This document shows, one piece after another, positions 50,181 to 64,000 of a stretch of 64,000 bases of DNA; the stretch's first letter is position 1; the number at the start of each line of letters is the position of its first letter. A program made the translations under genes and the position numbers. The stretch comes from Camelus dromedarius (Eukaryota): NCBI RefSeq assembly GCF_036321535.1, contig NC_087436.1, positions 121,584,001-121,648,000 of the forward strand, read 5' to 3'. The notes under the pieces were generated by a model, which had not been told where the DNA came from, did not search any database, and worked only from the letters and a program-made list of their open reading frames with translations.

Positions 50181-53012
50181 ATGGGAAATGAAAGGAAAAA
50201 GGAGGGGCCTCAGCTCTGAGTAGCTCAGGGCATGGCCAGGGATGCAGCCAGAGTGTGATGCAAGGGTAGCTGTCAGGCAGCCTCTAAGGTTTCTGAGGAG
50301 CAAAGGAAGTCCGAAGAGGCAGATGGGGTCGGGTCTGCTCTGCATCCTGTGACACTCCCTCCCGTGAGGAAGTGCTAGAAGGCACCCAGATGCGGGGTGG
50401 CTACTCAGCCATCTCTGAGGTCCCTGCCACCACGACAGGGGTCCTCTCCGAGGCCTCCACCCAGGCAGTCTTTTCCAGGTGGGGGGACAGGACACGCCAG
50501 CACAGAGGACCCAGACGTGTGCGCGCGCTGCCCCGTGAGGGGCTCCGTGCTGCAGGGTGGCAGCCAGAGACGGGCTGTGGCCCTCCCCTCACTGCCCCAC
50601 CTCTGGAGACACACGAGTTTGGTTCATGTGCCAGCTCTTCCCGATAGTCCCTGGGTGGCCTTGCTGTCCTCTGCACCATCCCCTCCAGAGTTCAGCCACT
50701 GGGTGCTGGACATGAAACCCCGTGGTCCCAGGCCTGCTCTCTTATCTTTGCTGGTGCTGTCAGAGCCACCCATCCGGCCTGGGGCGTCCTCGCAATGTGA
50801 CCCAGAGTTGGGGTGGGGACTGGGAGAAACTCTGGCTTGTTTTTGTGGCCTCTTCTGGTTGTAACAACTTTTTTTTAACCATAAAAATCTCCATTAACAG
50901 AAGGTACAGAGGCTCAGTGAGCACTCTTCCTGATTAAGTGTAGGAAAAGTAAAACCATGTTCAGCGCTTGGCTTGGAGAAGCTTCCCAAAGTGTCTGGGG
51001 CCCTTTTCTGGAGCCCAGGAATAGAAGCCATCTTTGAACTCACAATTAGGCTGGGAAGGTCAGCAAATCCTCTCTGAGCCTCAGTTTCCCTACCTGTAAG
51101 ATGAGTGAGCAGGATGGCCCCTAGTCTTATACCGGGGCCAGGAGGGAAGAGCAGGGTGAGGCAGGTCCACTTTGTCCCCCCCAGAGCTGTGGCCCCCTTG
51201 GCTGGGCGAAGGCATGCCCAGAACCCTGGGAGGCTGACTAACAAGACACCCAACAATGACCGCCAGAGGCCACAAAGGGTGACAGGGAGCTAGGCAAGGC
51301 CAAGGTCTGGGCTCAGAGCTGCAAAGGACAGATCATGTGACAATAAACAGCAGAGCTGGGGCTTGAATCCAGGCCTCTCTGAACCTCAGTTTTCTCACCT
51401 GTAAAATAGGCCTCATAGCAGCTGCTCCTCTGGGCAAACTATGTCAAGTGCACCTTAGCGCCTTGCACACAGGAAGTGCTCCGTACGTGGTGAGCACCCT
51501 CCAGCCCTACGTGAGGAAGAAGGCACTCAAGCAAGTCTCAGGAGGGACAGGGACCCCTTCCGGCCTTTCCTTCATGTCGGGGTGCCATGCCTCGGGCCCC
51601 ATCCACCACCAACACACACTCTTAGCAACTGAGGTCCCGGGCCTGGGAGGCCAGGCGAGGCCAGGTCCTGGGATGGGCATCTGGCAGACACAGTCCTCAT
51701 CTGTCCAGGCAGCCAGAAGGTCCCATCACCTGGCTCTTGGCCCCAGAAACCCCAAACCTTCCAGAGTTCAGGGCTCCCAAGTTGCTGCATGTCAGATCCA
51801 AGTGGCGGCACCCTGCGTCCTGCAGGGATCACCACCATCCCCGGCCCCGCTGGGAACTGCTTCTGATTCAAGCCCCCAGTGAAAAATTTCACAGGAAGGG
51901 AAGCTACAGCCAGTTGGGAACAGTGTGCCTCACCGGGATCCCCACGCAAGTTCAGGGCAGAGAGCTGCAACCGTAGGGAGGAGGAACTGCTCGCTGCAGA
52001 ACAGAAGCCCCAGGGGCCCGCTCCCCTGTGCTGCGCTGACCCCGCCCCCTGGGGCGGCTGAAGAAGAAACACCTGCAGGTGGTGCTGGATGCTTGGTTCC
52101 TGGAGGGAGATGGCTGCTGTCTCAGCCACTGCACCTCAAGGAGCCTCCCACATCCCCTGAGTGGTCTCCTGTCTCCCTCTCCTCCAGACCAACCCCCCAC
52201 CTCAGATGGTCTCCCCAGTAGGGGAGGGGACATCCAAACAAAGGGCCTTCTCCAGGGAGCATTAATCACTCGCTAGTAGACATAAGTGTTTTTGTGGCTT
52301 GGATTTTACATAACAAATTCCTCATTCCCAGCAAAAAGCACAGCGAGGATCAAAATGACCCTGAGTTCCCTGCCAGCTCTGACACCCAGCTGAGTCTGTT
52401 TTTACGGAAAAAAAAAAAAAAAAAAAAAAGGTGGAGTCTGGAAGAACAGTCTGCTGCAGTCGGGGCAGGGCCTGAGCCAGGTATTGACCAGAGGACTTGG
52501 GCATTGGGTACCACTGTCCCCACCCATTCTTTGCCTCCTCAGGGCCTGTTCTTCCTGCTGCACTGTAGCCATGACCTCCTCCGAGAAGTCCTCCTGGAGC
52601 CTCCAGCTGGGTTCCAGGCTCCCAGCCCCTGCACACTCTGCTGCCCCAGACAGCGGGCACTGCGAGAACCTCCTGCCCAGCTGTCTCCCAGGAACCGCTG
52701 GTTAATCCAGCAGATAACACAACTGCAGACGTGAGGGGCCTGTTAGCCCTACAGCCCCACCGCCCTGGACCTGACTTGTGGCAGCAGAACCTGGAGCTCT
52801 GCAGCACAGGCTCTGAGTCCAGACTGCCTGACCTGAGTCCTGTTGTGTTACCAGCTGTGCGCCCCCGGGCAAGTAAGTCATTTCGCAGCCTGCGGCCTAG
52901 AAGACAAGACCATCGGCTGCAGTCCCCGCGTGTACGCTGGTGTGGAGGCTCAGTTAGGCTGGCCACTCCTTCCCAAAGAAGCTCTGGCCTCCCAGACAAA
53001 GGTCATCTGTGC

Positions 53013-53018
53013 TTTATT
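53013..53018 (-). terminator. SH3BP2: Candidate SH3BP2 polyadenylation signal (AATAAA)
   Basis: First minus-strand AATAAA, ~430 nt after the stop codon, followed by T/GT-containing sequence. Confidence 0.7.
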
Positions 53019-53448
53019 GTGTGGCAATGGCCCCTCACGGAGCCTGCGTTGTAGCGTTCTGAGGGGGTTCCTGGGGCCAGCCCCTGCCCCCATCCCAAAT
53101 GCCCCAACCCTGCCTAGCTTCCAGCCAGTGCAAGGTGGGCGTGCTGGGGGACCAGAATTCCTGTCCATGAAGTCCAGGCTGGGCTCAGGCTGGGAGGTGG
53201 GCAGGGTGGATGGGGTGGGATAGGAAAGCCCCACTGCCCCGTCCAGTTCTCTGGAGGCCAGAGCCCGGCCTAGCCCCGGGGACCCAGCCTGCTGGGTGGG
53301 GCCTGGCCTGGCAGTTTCTACACGGTGGCTGCTGGGGAGGCCCCAGGTCAGAGCTCGGTGCTGGCTCCTGATCGTCCTCTCAGGCAGGCCTGTCTCCTTC
53401 CGGGGGGCCCCCGTGGTCGTCTCTGCCCGGCAGCATGTGGAGGAGGTG

Positions 53449-63639
<10,191 letters not shown>

Positions 63640-64000
63640 TCAGCCAGGGGTGGGAGACAGAAGATAGCTTAGCTGGGGGCATGCAGGAAGGACACTGCCA
63701 AGCCCCTGGAGACAGCATGAAGATTCAAGGCAGCAAGAGGTGAGTAAACCCCTTTTCTGAAGACCCAGGCAACCAGGTGGGACCCAGGGAGAGAAAAGGC
63801 CACTTGGTCCACTCCATCAGCCCTAGGTCCTTTCAGCCACACACTTGATCTCCAGGGACCCTAAGAGCCAAGTGTGTTCCTTCACTGTCATTGGCTTATT
63901 CACCACACACCTACTAAACCAGGGGCTAGGGTACAGCAGAGCATGAACTCAGGAAACCTCTGGTCCAGGTAAGTCAGGCCTTAAGCCATAACCACTCCAA

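Overview
Mammalian genomic DNA, probably camelid (inferred from five copies of a tRNA-Ala(AGC)-derived, Vic-1-like SINE). It carries two tandem minus-strand genes in the order seen at human 4p16.3. SH3BP2 has all 12 coding exons in the window (63606 to 53449; 1704-nt CDS, 567 aa; exon 1 not identified in the window; exon 9 ends at a non-canonical GC donor). ADD1 (alpha-adducin) is present as its 5' part: CpG-island promoter, non-coding exon 1, a ~34.7-kb intron 1, and coding exons 2-3. The rest is L1/HAL1, L2/MIR, MaLR/ERVL and hAT remnants. The most notable items are a ~360-bp TSD-flanked 'mini-L1' that joins an L1 5' end directly to an L1 3' end, a full-length TSD-flanked HSPE1 (HSP10) retrocopy in ADD1 intron 1, apparent lineage-specific changes in SH3BP2, and small CpG-rich patches in old repeats. 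No prokaryotic-type system is present. Repeat subfamily names and human comparisons come from recalled sequences, not from searches, and repeat boundaries without TSDs are approximate.
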